Assembly (NCBI GenBank): GCA_964409645.1
Contig: CAYPEK010000006.1
Coordinates: 16,823 to 80,822 of the forward strand
DNA: 64,000 bases
Reading direction: 5' to 3'
Source of the DNA: an uncultured bacterium
GTDB taxonomy: Bacteria; UBP15; UBA6099
This document shows, piece after piece, positions 8,885 to 18,812 of this stretch. Made by a program: the position numbers and the translations under genes. The notes under the pieces are model-generated. The model saw only the letters and a program-made list of their open reading frames with translations, did no database searches and had not been told where the DNA came from. Numbering within the stretch: position 1 is the stretch's first letter; every line of letters begins with the position of its first letter.

Positions 8885-10006
8885 CTATAGTTCGTCTCCG
8901 TACTTATAATATGCCGCGCATGTGCCCTCGGATGAAACCATGCACGCGCCAACCGGCGACTCCGGCGTGCATACTTTTCGGAAGAGCTTGCACTGCGGCG
9001 GCTCGATCATTCCCGTCAGCACCTCGGCGCACCGGCAGCCGGGGTTGCTGCGTGGCTTGCACGACTCGACCGGCCACCTCGCCTCGGCGTCGTAATCCGC
9101 GAACGCATTCCGTATCTTCAATCCGCTTCCCGGAATCACGCCTATACCGCGCCATTCCGAGTCGCACGGCTCGAATACAGTGTCCATCAACGAGAGCGCT
9201 TTCGCGTTGCCGTCCTCGCCGACCGCACGCGCGTACTGCGAACGCACTTCGGCGCGGCCGCCGAGCGCCTGCTCCGCGAGCATTATTATCCCCTGCAGCA
9301 GATCAAGCGGTTCGAAGCCGACTATCACACACGGTATGTGTTGCCTTTCAGCTATCGGCGCGTAGGCGCGCGACCCGATGATGACGCTCACGTGGCCCGG
9401 ACAGATAAAACCCTTGAGGTTGAGTTTCGGGTTTGAGGCAAGCGCTTCGAGCGCGGCCGGCACCGTTTTGTGCGCGGACACGGCGGCGAAGTTTTCGAGC
9501 CCCGTCGCGCGCGCCTGCGCGAGCGCCGCCGCCACCGTCGGAGCGGTGGTCTCGAACCCGATCCCGAAGAACACCACTTTTTTATCAGGGTGCTGTTTAG
9601 CTATCTCTATCGCATCCATCGTCGAATAGACGATCCGCACGTCTCCGCCTGCCGCGCGCGCCGCTTCGAGGCTTTCCTCCGACCCCGGCACGCGAAGCAT
9701 GTCGCCGAACGTGGTGAGCGTGAACCCCGGCGTTTTCGCGTATGCGATAGCCTTGTCGATCAGCGGATTCGGCGTCACGCACACCGGGCAGCCCGGCCCT
9801 GAGATCAGCCGTACCGCGGGCGGCAGCGCGCGCCGGATGCCGCTGCGAAACAGCGCTACCGTGTGCGTTCCGCAGACTTCCATCAGCGGTATGCTGCCCG
9901 CCGGTTGCCCGTCGAGCATTTCCCGCAGCCGCGCGAACAGACCCTTCGCCAGTTCGCCGTCGCGGAACCACTTCGAATACTTCATATCTGAGTTGTTGTT
10001 TGTCAT
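8885..10006 (-). CDS. hypD: Hydrogenase maturation factor HypD
   Basis: The conserved HypD motifs CGTH, GPGCPVC and FETTAP are present, and a Cys-rich C-terminal region (ending ...CKPRSNPGCRCAEV) is typical of HypD. Confidence 0.92.
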   Translation of the reverse strand: MTNNNSDMKYSKWFRDGELAKGLFARLREMLDGQPAGSIPLMEVCGTHTVALFRSGIRRALPPAVRLISGPGCPVCVTPNPLIDKAIAYAKTPGFTLTTFGDMLRVPGSEESLEAARAAGGDVRIVYSTMDAIEIAKQHPDKKVVFFGIGFETTAPTVAAALAQARATGLENFAAVSAHKTVPAALEALASNPKLNLKGFICPGHVSVIIGSRAYAPIAERQHIPCVIVGFEPLDLLQGIIMLAEQALGGRAEVRSQYARAVGEDGNAKALSLMDTVFEPCDSEWRGIGVIPGSGLKIRNAFADYDAEARWPVESCKPRSNPGCRCAEVLTGMIEPPQCKLFRKVCTPESPVGACMVSSEGTCAAYYKYGDEL

Positions 10007-10035
10007 ATTAAATCGTACGGCCGCCCCGGCGTCTG

Positions 10036-10293
10036 CTACGCGCCGCCCTCTGAAGCCGCCTGCTCGTCCAGCGCCTTTAACAACGCCATCTCGCGCATCA
10101 GCTCAAGCGTCTCCTCCGCCACCGCTTCGTCGATCTTCTCGATCGCGAATCCCGCGTGGACGAGAATGTAGTCGCCCACCTCGACGTCGGCGAGCAGTTG
10201 CAGACTCACATCTTTTTCGACTCCGCCGTATTCAAACGTACCGAGGTCGTCCGTCTTCTTTTCCTTAAGTCTTACCGGCACTGCAAGGCACAT
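10036..10293 (-). CDS. hypC: Hydrogenase assembly chaperone HypC
   Basis: The N-terminal MCLAVP motif (essential Cys2) is present on an 85-aa OB-fold-sized protein 29 bp upstream of hypD. Confidence 0.9.
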   Translation of the reverse strand: MCLAVPVRLKEKKTDDLGTFEYGGVEKDVSLQLLADVEVGDYILVHAGFAIEKIDEAVAEETLELMREMALLKALDEQAASEGGA

Positions 10294-10397
10294 GGTTTCG
10301 CCTCTCCATTTCTCCTTGAAACATCATATTATTGTAATGTATCTTTTAAATTATTTGTAGTGAAAATGTTAAGCGTTGTGGAACCCGCGCCGGAAAC

Positions 10398-12023
10398 TCA
10401 CTTCACCGAACAACAATCGGAGATCAGAGAACGCACGCCTGACGGGCTCAGACTATCCATGTCGTTCAGCTTGTTGAACGCCGCTTCGGCGGCTTCCTCG
10501 GTCAGCACCGCGCGGGCCTCCCTGTCGAACTTCGCCGAAACATTTCTGCGCAATTCGTCCGCCGGCCTGCCCGCCGCGCCGTAAGGAATCTCCTGCGCCG
10601 CCTCGTATTTTCTGTGCTCGGACTTCATCTCGAAAACCACTCGCGCGCCGAACGCCATCCGGAAATTCTCCGCACTCGACGCGAGGCTGTTCTCCGCGCG
10701 TTCCTCCGGCGGGCGGCCGAAGATTTTCTCTATCGTGCGTCGGCCTTCGTCGATGAACCCCATTATCTCGCGCCCCGCAGCAAGCCACACGAGCGGCGAT
10801 CCCGGCCCGATGTTTTTCACCAGCGTCCGCAGCGACCCGACCCGCATCTCGCTCATCAGATAACGGAGATCGAGCAGTTCGGAAACGCTCTCGATCAGTT
10901 TGCCGGTCAGCGAAATGTCGTGATGCACGCGGACCCGCTTCGCCATGTCCCACACGCGCTGATCGCCGATCCGCTCCGGCTCGAAATGCTCCGGCCCGAG
11001 CGCACGGTCGAGTATCCCGCACGCCAAATTGTACGGCGTCGAAAAATTCAGCGTGACCGGATGCGTCTGCTGATGCCGCACGTACCGGCGCGACATCTCG
11101 TCCATCTTCACCGTCGGCAGGCCCGCGTAAACGTCGATCTTGAATATTTCGTCCGGGTCGAATTCGTTGTTCTTCATTATGTCGAACACGCAGTCCATCG
11201 CGGAGTCGATGTATGCGCATCCCGGATAGATTTTGTACGAGAGCGTGTCGGACAGCCAGCACTCGCCGAGCCGCGTCAGCATCGGATAGAGCGGCACGAA
11301 CGAGAATGTTTCGATGAAGCCCTCCTGCTCTTCGAGGATGTCGCGCGGACCTTCCATTCCCTCGGCCGCATACTGCGCCGCGAGAAGCCCGGTGTGCATC
11401 CCGGCCGCGGTGAACAGTTTCGAGTCGCCGCCCATGAAGCCCGGCGTGAGCGGCCTCGCCGGCTGCGCAAGCGACATGCCGAGCGCATTCGCAACCTGAG
11501 TCGCGTCGAGCCCCATCAGCTTCGCCGCCGCAACCGCCGCGCCCGCGCTGTGGATGAACGCCCACATCTGCCCGTTCAGCGGTCCCGCCATTACCGAGCC
11601 GCCTATCCGCGCCTCGATCTCGTTCGCCACAGCAGCAGCAGTTATCAGTTGCTTGCCGTCAATCTCCATCCGCTCCGCGAGCGCAAGTGGCGCGAGTATC
11701 GCAGAGTGGCCCGTATGCCCCGCGAAAAGGTAGTCGTCGTAGTCGAGCAGCATGCTCAACGCCGAGTTGGCCGAGAGCGCGTCCCGGAGCGAGGCGTAGT
11801 CGCCGAACGGGATCATCTTGCTCGCGCCCGCGTCGGACAGACGGCGCACCGCCGCCGCCGACCGCCGGCCCGCCGACGTCCGCGACCCGGCGAATATCGC
11901 GCCGAGCACGCTCATCGCCTGCATCTTTATTTTCTCGACGACACGCTCGGGGATGTCCTCATACCTCAGTGCCGCGGCCCACTCCGCGATCTCCATCGTG
12001 TAATGTCGGCTCCTGCTGTTCAT
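10398..12023 (-). CDS. MmgE/PrpD family protein (2-methylcitrate dehydratase-like)
   Basis: The 541-aa translation has an MmgE/PrpD-like N-terminal region (MEIAEWAAALRYEDIPERVVEKIK...) and matching overall length. Confidence 0.8.
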   Translation of the reverse strand: MNSRSRHYTMEIAEWAAALRYEDIPERVVEKIKMQAMSVLGAIFAGSRTSAGRRSAAAVRRLSDAGASKMIPFGDYASLRDALSANSALSMLLDYDDYLFAGHTGHSAILAPLALAERMEIDGKQLITAAAVANEIEARIGGSVMAGPLNGQMWAFIHSAGAAVAAAKLMGLDATQVANALGMSLAQPARPLTPGFMGGDSKLFTAAGMHTGLLAAQYAAEGMEGPRDILEEQEGFIETFSFVPLYPMLTRLGECWLSDTLSYKIYPGCAYIDSAMDCVFDIMKNNEFDPDEIFKIDVYAGLPTVKMDEMSRRYVRHQQTHPVTLNFSTPYNLACGILDRALGPEHFEPERIGDQRVWDMAKRVRVHHDISLTGKLIESVSELLDLRYLMSEMRVGSLRTLVKNIGPGSPLVWLAAGREIMGFIDEGRRTIEKIFGRPPEERAENSLASSAENFRMAFGARVVFEMKSEHRKYEAAQEIPYGAAGRPADELRRNVSAKFDREARAVLTEEAAEAAFNKLNDMDSLSPSGVRSLISDCCSVK

Positions 12024-12355
12024 CTCGTTTCCTCCGGATTTTGCTCGTCCGAAACCGGCACGGATAATTTACCATAAAACGAATTTTGCGGAAAGCGCGC
12101 GGTTTTCTCATTGTTATGCGCCGATCTTGGAGTTAGCCTGCATTTTTCACCAGTGCAGGCAGAAATCGAAAAAAGGGATGAGATGCAAGGCGAATCAAGT
12201 GAGAACGAAGGAGCATACTATTCTGTATGTGATCGAGTTCGAGCCGATGATTCAACGCTGTAGATCGCCCTTTTTTCGATTTCTCGGATTTTTCTTGTGA
12301 AAAATCCGGGTTAGAATGTCATAATGAGAAAAAGCACACGGCGGCAGTCGAGGAA

Positions 12356-13276
12356 ATGATAAACGAAAACAACGGACATGCTTTCTCGCCGGAGTTGATG
12401 GAGAAGGTGGCGCGGCTCGAACTCCGCGCGCGCATGACCGCCGAGGGGCTGCTCACCGGCATGCACGGCAGCGCCTCACACGGCTTCAACGTCGAGTTCC
12501 TCGAACACCGCGAGTATTATCCCGGTGACGATCCGCGACACGTTGACTGGAAGGTGTTCGCGAAAAGCGGCCGCTACTACGTCAAACAGCACGAAGAGGA
12601 AAAGAATCTTCAGATTTACATAGTGATGGACGCGAGCGCCTCGATGGATTTCGGCCGCGCGGCGGACGGCGGCGGCGGCGCGAAATGGGAGCACGGGACG
12701 CTCTTCGCGGCGGCGCTCGCATACTTGTTCCTTAAGCAGGGCGACGCCGTGGGGCTGATCGTAGCCGGCGGAAGCGGGCCCGGACGCCCCATCGAGCCGC
12801 GTGTCTCCAGAGGGCAACTCTACCGCGTACTCGGCGCACTCGCGCAGACGCGGCCCGGCGGCGAAGCCCGCATTGCCGACGCGCTCCGAATGATCGGCGA
12901 GCAATCGCGCCGCCGGTGCTTCTTCATCGTCGTTTCGGACCTGCTCGAAGACCCCGCGCCCGTTCAGGACGCGCTCCGTGTCATCCGCGGACGCGGCGGC
13001 GAAGCCGTTGTGTTACACGTCCTCTCTCCCGCCGAACTCGATTTCCCGTTCACGCGGGCCTCGCGGTTCATCGACCCGGAAACAGGCCGCGACCTCACTT
13101 CCGACCCTACCGTCATCCGCGCGATGTACATGAAAAATCTCGGCGCGTTCCTCGACAACTATCGCGAGTTCTGCCTCAGGATCGGCGCCGATTTCGTTCC
13201 GGCGCCCACCGCGTCGTCCGCTGAAGAAACGCTTCTCGGCTATCTCGAACGCCGCGAGCGCGGGAAGAGGAGATGA
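12356..13276 (+). CDS. DUF58 domain protein (vWA-like; MoxR/BatA operon type)
   Basis: ARLELRARMTAEGLLTGMHGSASHGFNVEFLEHREYYPGDDPRHVDWKVFAKSGRYYVKQHEEE is the DUF58 signature. Confidence 0.8.
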   Translation: MINENNGHAFSPELMEKVARLELRARMTAEGLLTGMHGSASHGFNVEFLEHREYYPGDDPRHVDWKVFAKSGRYYVKQHEEEKNLQIYIVMDASASMDFGRAADGGGGAKWEHGTLFAAALAYLFLKQGDAVGLIVAGGSGPGRPIEPRVSRGQLYRVLGALAQTRPGGEARIADALRMIGEQSRRRCFFIVVSDLLEDPAPVQDALRVIRGRGGEAVVLHVLSPAELDFPFTRASRFIDPETGRDLTSDPTVIRAMYMKNLGAFLDNYREFCLRIGADFVPAPTASSAEETLLGYLERRERGKRR

Positions 13277-15378
13277 CGATGGGGTTCCTCCAGCCGGCTC
13301 TCCTCGCAACCCTCGCGCTCATCGCCATCCCGCTGCTTCTGCACCTTTTCGCGCGCAGGCAGGTTCAACAGGTCGTGTTTCCAGCATACATGCTACTTCT
13401 CGGCTCGAAAAAGCGCAGCCTGCGCGTGCTGACACTCCAGCAGTGGCTGGTGCTGCTCTGCCGCATGCTCGCCGTGGGGCTGCTCGCGCTTGCTTTTGCG
13501 CAACCCGTCCTTCACCGCTCGCACCTGTCTCTGCCCGGCACGCGGGACCGCGTCGCGATCCACATCATCCTCGACAACTCGCCGAGCATGAGCCGCCGGC
13601 GCGGCGGCGTGAGCCTCCTCGACCGCGCGAAATCCGCCGGCGCGGCGCTCGCCGCGCGCGCCGCGTACGACGACGAGATCACCGTCGAGCCGACATGCGG
13701 CGAAAACAGCCGCGGCGACGCCCTCTCGCCCGCCGCAGCCGCCAAATTCATCAGAAACGTTCAGCCCGGCAATTGCCTTGCCCGGCTCGACCTCAAAATA
13801 AACCGCGCGATCCGCGAGTTGCGCCAGTCGCCCTCGAGCGAGCGCCGGATCATCATCCTCTCCGACTTTCAGGCGAACGGTTTCGGACTCAAACCGCCGA
13901 AACCCGAAAAAGGCGACCCGGCGCTGATCGCGGTCAACCCGGCGTCAGGCGCGGCCTCTTTCAACGCGTGGATATCCAAGATCGACCTGCCTCTGTTCCC
14001 GCTTAGCGGCGAACAGGACTCGATCTGCTTCCGCGCCGAAACCGACGGCCCCGGCGGCGCGCCGCTCTCCGCCTCGCTCGTGATCGACGGCGAAAAACGC
14101 GGCGAACAGACGCTCGAACCCGGCGGACGCGGATGCTTCACGCTGTCGTTCGGCAAACCCGGCGCGGGCTGGGGAAAGATCGTGCTCTCCGGCGACAACA
14201 TGCCGGCCGACAACACAGGTTATTTCACTTTCGAAATCCACAAAAAAATCACGCTCGCACTCGTCGCCGCCGAAGAAGACACGCGCGACCCCGCGAAGGG
14301 CGCGTTCTACGCATACCGCGCGCTACGGACAATCGCGGGCGCGGGTCAGGGCGCGGGAGCGGTCGATATGACGATCGTGCCGCCGGGCAGCCTGACGCGG
14401 CAGTCTCTCCCACGCGCGGGCGTAGTTTTCATCCCCGACCCGTCGGGACTCTCGCGGAACGCCGTCGCCGCGCTCGGCGACTTCGCATCCGCAGGCGGCG
14501 GTGTTTTCATAACTTCCGGGCAGGATCAGCAGACCGCATCAATCATCGCAGGAACACTTTTCGGAGGCGGCATTTCCATATCTGTTCCAAAGCGAGAAAA
14601 AACGACGGCGACGGAAGGTTTTCTCTCGGTCGGCGGTGTTGACATTGCGCATCCTATTTTCGCGGGTCTCACCGGCGCTTACGGCATGTCGTTCAAGGAT
14701 ACGCGGTTCGGTCATCCGGCCGCAATTAGAATCGCGGGCGCGGATGTCGCCGCCCCTGCTTCACTCTCGGACGGGTCTGCGCTTCTTGCTGAGCGTGCAC
14801 TCGGCACCGGAAGAATCGTAATCCTTGCGTCAGGCATGGCCCCTGAATCCACCAATCTGCCTCTCAAACCTGCGTTCATTCCATTCATACTGCAAACAAT
14901 CAAATACCTCGGCGAGCCGGGCGGCCGCGGAAGTGATAATTTCACCGCCGGTTCGGTCATACGCATCCGCGCCGACGTCCCGGCGGACGTCCGCGAAATC
15001 GCGGCTCGCAACGTCGAAGGCGGCGGCAGGATCGATCTCGTCCGCATATCGGAGGGCAAAAACGGAGTGTTCGCGGCCCGCGCGGGCGCGGAATCCGCCG
15101 AAGGCGTTTACAGGTTGCTGCAAGGCGACAAACCCACGGGGATGTTCGCGGTTAACCCGGACCCGGCGGAAGGCCGCCTCGCGGCGGTACCGCCCGAGCG
15201 CTTCAAAAAAACATATAGCGGGTACACAGCGAACTTCGTACCAGCGGCCCGCTACTCGGACAACGCAAAAATCGCGTCGCTGACATTCGCACGCCGCGCC
15301 GCCGCCCTTTGGTTTCCCGCCCTGCTCGGCGCGCTCCTCTTACTCCTCACCGAAACGGTCATATCAAATAAGAAATAA
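13273..15378 (+). CDS. BatA-like membrane protein with N-terminal double-transmembrane (aerotolerance regulator N-terminal) domain and a vWA-like region
   Basis: The N-terminus has two TM helices (LQPALLATLALIAIPLLLHLFARR ... LVLLCRMLAVGLLALAFAQP) and the start overlaps the DUF58 stop. A vWA-like region with IHIILDNSPSM follows. Confidence 0.75.
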   Translation: MTMGFLQPALLATLALIAIPLLLHLFARRQVQQVVFPAYMLLLGSKKRSLRVLTLQQWLVLLCRMLAVGLLALAFAQPVLHRSHLSLPGTRDRVAIHIILDNSPSMSRRRGGVSLLDRAKSAGAALAARAAYDDEITVEPTCGENSRGDALSPAAAAKFIRNVQPGNCLARLDLKINRAIRELRQSPSSERRIIILSDFQANGFGLKPPKPEKGDPALIAVNPASGAASFNAWISKIDLPLFPLSGEQDSICFRAETDGPGGAPLSASLVIDGEKRGEQTLEPGGRGCFTLSFGKPGAGWGKIVLSGDNMPADNTGYFTFEIHKKITLALVAAEEDTRDPAKGAFYAYRALRTIAGAGQGAGAVDMTIVPPGSLTRQSLPRAGVVFIPDPSGLSRNAVAALGDFASAGGGVFITSGQDQQTASIIAGTLFGGGISISVPKREKTTATEGFLSVGGVDIAHPIFAGLTGAYGMSFKDTRFGHPAAIRIAGADVAAPASLSDGSALLAERALGTGRIVILASGMAPESTNLPLKPAFIPFILQTIKYLGEPGGRGSDNFTAGSVIRIRADVPADVREIAARNVEGGGRIDLVRISEGKNGVFAARAGAESAEGVYRLLQGDKPTGMFAVNPDPAEGRLAAVPPERFKKTYSGYTANFVPAARYSDNAKIASLTFARRAAALWFPALLGALLLLLTETVISNKK

Positions 15379-15455
15379 GTTTGATCACAGATGAACACTG
15401 ATTAACACAAATAAAGATATTTCCTCCGTCAACGCCACAAAAATTGTTACCAAAG

Positions 15456-15495
15456 CGAAAACGCGCGCCGGGTGAGACGCGCGCTTTATTTCGTT
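15456..15495. terminator. Putative bidirectional intrinsic terminator between convergent genes
   Basis: The GC stem CGCGCG...CGCGCG around a roughly 10-nt loop is followed by TTTATTTCGTTT, placed between the BatA-like gene (+) and the VOC gene (-). Confidence 0.4.
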
Positions 15496-15511
15496 TGTGA
15501 TTCCGGTTCCG

Positions 15512-15889
15512 TTATCCCGGGAAATCTTGAATAAGCTGGATCAGAACACCGTCCGGCGCTTTGATGAACGCGATCTTCCTCGTCGGCCTGATCTGGAACG
15601 GCGGGAGCAGGAACTCCGCGCCCCGCTCGCGCAGAGCTTTGGCTTCGGCCTCGATGTCGTCCGATTCGAGCGCGAAGTGGCTGAGACCGTACTCGGGCGC
15701 GGCCGAGGGCGGCCCATCCTTCGACTTCGACCTCTCAAGCTCGATCTCGACCGTGTCGTTCCCCACGAATATGCACGGCGCTCCCATCACTTCCAGTTCG
15801 TACAACTTCTTGAACCCAAGCACTTCCGTGTAATATTTCAGGGTCGCTTCCTGATCCGAACATTTGACTCCGATGTGCAGAAACTTCAT
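15512..15889 (-). CDS. VOC/glyoxalase family protein
   Basis: MKFLHIGVKCSDQEATLKYYTEVLGFKK...HFALESDDIEAEAKALRERGAEF shows the beta-alpha-beta-beta-beta glyoxalase fold pattern. Confidence 0.8.
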   Translation of the reverse strand: MKFLHIGVKCSDQEATLKYYTEVLGFKKLYELEVMGAPCIFVGNDTVEIELERSKSKDGPPSAAPEYGLSHFALESDDIEAEAKALRERGAEFLLPPFQIRPTRKIAFIKAPDGVLIQLIQDFPG

Positions 15890-15910
15890 GATTAGCGGCC
15901 GCCTTCCGTC

Positions 15911-17156
15911 AGGATTTTATCAGCGTTTTGACTTTCTCGAAGCAGATGTCCGCCACTTCAAGCGTGCGCTGTATGTCGTCTTCCGTATGCCCGTAGCAGA
16001 TGAACCAGTTATGGTGCGGATGCAGGAAAACACCGCGCCGGATGGCTTCCGTGCAGAACAACGTCCTCATCTAGAACGTGTTCGGATAGTTGAAGTTCAT
16101 GTACGGGATCGACGGCGGGCCTGAGTACGTCACGTCAACGGAGTGCTTTTTGGCAAGTTCGAGCAGCCCGTTTTTCAGCAGCAGGCCGGTTCTTTCGACA
16201 GTCCCGATCACGTCCTGCGTGCGTATGAATTCGAGACACGCGAGCGCCGCCGCGAGCGGTGCGCCGTTGTAGAAATGCGTGCCCGAGAAGAATACGTTGC
16301 ACGCCGCCTTTTTCAGTTCCGCTTTGCCGTACGCAACTGACAGCGGATGGCCATTTGCAATTCCCTTGCCGATCGTCACCAAGTCCGGCTTCGCTCCGAA
16401 ATATTCGTGCGAGCCCTCGAACTTCAGTCTGTAGCAGCACCTGATGTCGTCCATTATGAACACGATGCCTTCCTGATCGCAAACCTCGCGTACCGCATCG
16501 AAAAATCCCGGCGCCGGAAGCTCGGTGTTGCTGAACGCCTCGTGCCTCATCGGCGTCAGAATTATCCCCGCGATTTCGCCCTTGTTCTTTTCCACCGTGT
16601 TGCGCAGGCTGTCGATGTTGTTGAATTCGAAGCTGATGATGCCCGCCCGGTGCTGGTCGTTCACGCCGGTTGTTGTCGGCACACACCAGTCGTGGAACCC
16701 GTGATACGTCCCGGACGCCATCAATATTTTTTTCCTTTTAGTGTGGACTCTCGCCACACGCGTACACCACGTCGTCACATCCGACCCGTTCTTCGCGAAA
16801 ATAACCCAGTCGGCCAGCGGTGTGTGCTTCACTATGTATTCGGCCGCCTCGACCCACCGGTCCATCGGCATCGTCATCAGACCGCCGCGCGTCATCTGCT
16901 CGTTCACGGCTTCCTCGACAACCGGATGCCTGTAGCCAAGCAGATTGGCCCCGAACGCGCACATGTAATCGATGTAGTCGTTACCGTCCACATCCACAGC
17001 GTGCCCTTTGTACCCTTCGTGGAAAAAGCACGGATACTGGCCGCCCACCATAAAATTCGGGTTCCTCGGCCCGAATATTCCGTTCGGAATAATCTCCTGC
17101 GCGCGCTCGAACATCTTTAGCGATTTTGAAATGTCGTAAAGCTTTTCTTCCATCAC
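15911..17156 (-). pseudogene. Class III (GSA-aminotransferase-like) PLP aminotransferase interrupted by one in-frame TAG at 16071-16073
   Basis: The 361-aa ORF (16071-17156) stops 59 codons short of full family length. Reading in-frame through the TAG gives M RTLFCTEAIRRGVFLHPHHNWFICYGHTEDDIQRTLEVADICFEKVKTLIKS to a TGA at about 15911. This is the canonical class-III C-terminus (FxHP...F.S.AHTxxDI). The PLP-lysine region TIGKGIANG is present. Confidence 0.6.
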
Positions 17157-17333
17157 TGCCTCCCCTTCGCCGAAACACGGCGCGTAACGCCATATCGACA
17201 GTAGTTTTCCTCAGTAATCACATAATGCCCCTCAAAACACAGGCTATTATATAACATTGATTCTGAATTGTTAAACCAAAAATTCTCACTGTATCCAGCC
17301 GAAAAAAATGATTGAAATATTCGGAAGACGCGG

Positions 17334-17978
17334 TCAGGCGGTCGCTTTTTTGCAGAGTTTTGCGGCGTCGTCGCCTCCCTCGGAGATAAACCAAGAGGCG
17401 AGTTCATCAGGCGAACCGAACTCGGACATTTCGAGCGGCGACAACGCGTGGAGTATATCGGCAAGAAGAACGGCCCTATCCCTGTCGGAAGGCGCGGCCG
17501 GTCTGCCCGACACCATCGATCGCCAGAGATCGTCCTCAATCACATTCAGCATCCTGCGCCGGAATTGCCACACCATGTACGTCTTTTCCGGAAGCTGCGC
17601 GGCGATTGTTTTTATCGCTTTCGCCATCCCGACCCTGTACATCAGCGTGCGGCGCTCCTCGCGCTCGCCCTCTCCCGGCGCCGATCTGACATTTTCGTAC
17701 AACGCCGCCTCAACCCGCTGAAGGCAAACGAGAATGTAAAGAACCGGGTCCGGATACGATTCCATCGGAACAGACTGAACGATACCGCGGGCGTCGTAAG
17801 TCCCGCGCCGCTCGATATATGGCGCCCGGTCGTGGTCGTACGCAAAAACCTTTGCCGCCTCGTCCAGTTCCTCAAGCACCGGGTTTATCAGATTCTTATA
17901 TTCCTGCCGCGTGTAGGGCCGGAGTGTATCAAAGTCCCGTTCGAGCTTATCGATGGTCTGTTTCAGTCTCGATTCCAT
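17334..17978 (-). CDS. Hypothetical protein, no recognisable domain
   Basis: The 215-aa ORF starts at MESRLKQTIDKLERDFDTL. Confidence 0.5.
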   Translation of the reverse strand: MESRLKQTIDKLERDFDTLRPYTRQEYKNLINPVLEELDEAAKVFAYDHDRAPYIERRGTYDARGIVQSVPMESYPDPVLYILVCLQRVEAALYENVRSAPGEGEREERRTLMYRVGMAKAIKTIAAQLPEKTYMVWQFRRRMLNVIEDDLWRSMVSGRPAAPSDRDRAVLLADILHALSPLEMSEFGSPDELASWFISEGGDDAAKLCKKATA

Positions 17979-18170
17979 TATCCCCGCTTCCGTGCTCCGC
18001 ATGTCCGAAAAATACGCCGTCCGTCGAATTATGCAAAAAAACCGCGGAATGTCCGCGGCTTTCCTTGTCTATGATCCGCAATCGTTTTCCAGCCGGCTGC
18101 CGACGGCCGTGATGTCCGCGTCATGTACAGGCGTTGCGTAAACAACCAGTGTCCGACGCCCGGACATCGC

Positions 18171-18473
18171 TCAGCCGCTCACCGTGAACAAATCTTTTAA
18201 AGGTTTATATAAGAAATGCGCCGGATTCAGTTTGTAAATTTTCAGGCGGCCCTCCTTGTGGTAAAGGACAAGCCCGAACTCGACGAGCGAGTTCATCTGC
18301 CTGTTAACCTCCGAAACGGACGAGCCGCATGCAATTGCGAGCTCTTTCTCAAAGTAGCTTTCTTTATCGCGCTTGAACAAGGTGTAGAGAATCCGAATCT
18401 TGGTTTTGCTTCCCAATACTTCCTCTAGAAACACGCCTTGCACCTCCATCGCCGCTTCGAGGATAGCACCCAC
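18171..18473 (-). CDS. Small winged-helix transcriptional regulator (ArsR/MarR-like)
   Basis: KTKIRILYTLFKRDKESYFEKELAIACGSSVSEVNRQMNSLVEFGLV has a wHTH pattern. It sits at the edge of an AT-rich islet. Confidence 0.6.
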   Translation of the reverse strand: MGAILEAAMEVQGVFLEEVLGSKTKIRILYTLFKRDKESYFEKELAIACGSSVSEVNRQMNSLVEFGLVLYHKEGRLKIYKLNPAHFLYKPLKDLFTVSG

Positions 18474-18763
18474 AAAACAGAGCTCCCCCTATATCGCCAG
18501 CATTTTTAATTCTATCTTTATCGGCTTATTCGTCAAGTGGATATTAAATTCGCCACATGCCCACGATTCCATTTTTTTCTTTTTGTTAAAAGTGAATATC
18601 CTGTACCTGTCGAAATAAAACCACCTTTGCCTCGCATATAGGTACCAATATTCCGCTATGCGTGCGTGTTGTTTCTGCAAATGACTTTTTCATTAACGTG
18701 ATTTATTACATTTTGCCTCTTAAATTTTAAAAAAATTTATTAATTAAAATCTTTTTATCCTTC

Positions 18764-18792
18764 TTGACAAACCTGTTCAAATGGCATAATAT
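18764..18792 (+). promoter_or_regulatory. Sigma70-like promoter TTGACA-N17-TAATAT
   Basis: TTGACA lies at 18764-18769 and TAATAT at 18787-18792, a 17-nt spacer, about 20 nt upstream of the small HTH ORF in an AT-rich region. Confidence 0.45.
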
Positions 18793-18812
18793 CTCTCTAA
18801 CTATAGGCAATC

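Noticed and set aside
10453-12077. 370-aa minus-frame ORF and 487-aa plus-strand ORF overlapping the MmgE/PrpD gene
   Set aside because: They are Arg/Gly/Ala-rich shadow frames of a high-GC gene. The MmgE/PrpD frame carries the conserved family sequence.
16071-16073. Pyrrolysine or reassigned TAG as the explanation for the in-frame amber codon
   Set aside because: TAG clearly terminates ftsZ (20730-20732) and the DUF2723 gene (42637-42639). No pyl genes are visible. A nonsense mutation or assembly error is more parsimonious, though suppression cannot be excluded from sequence alone.
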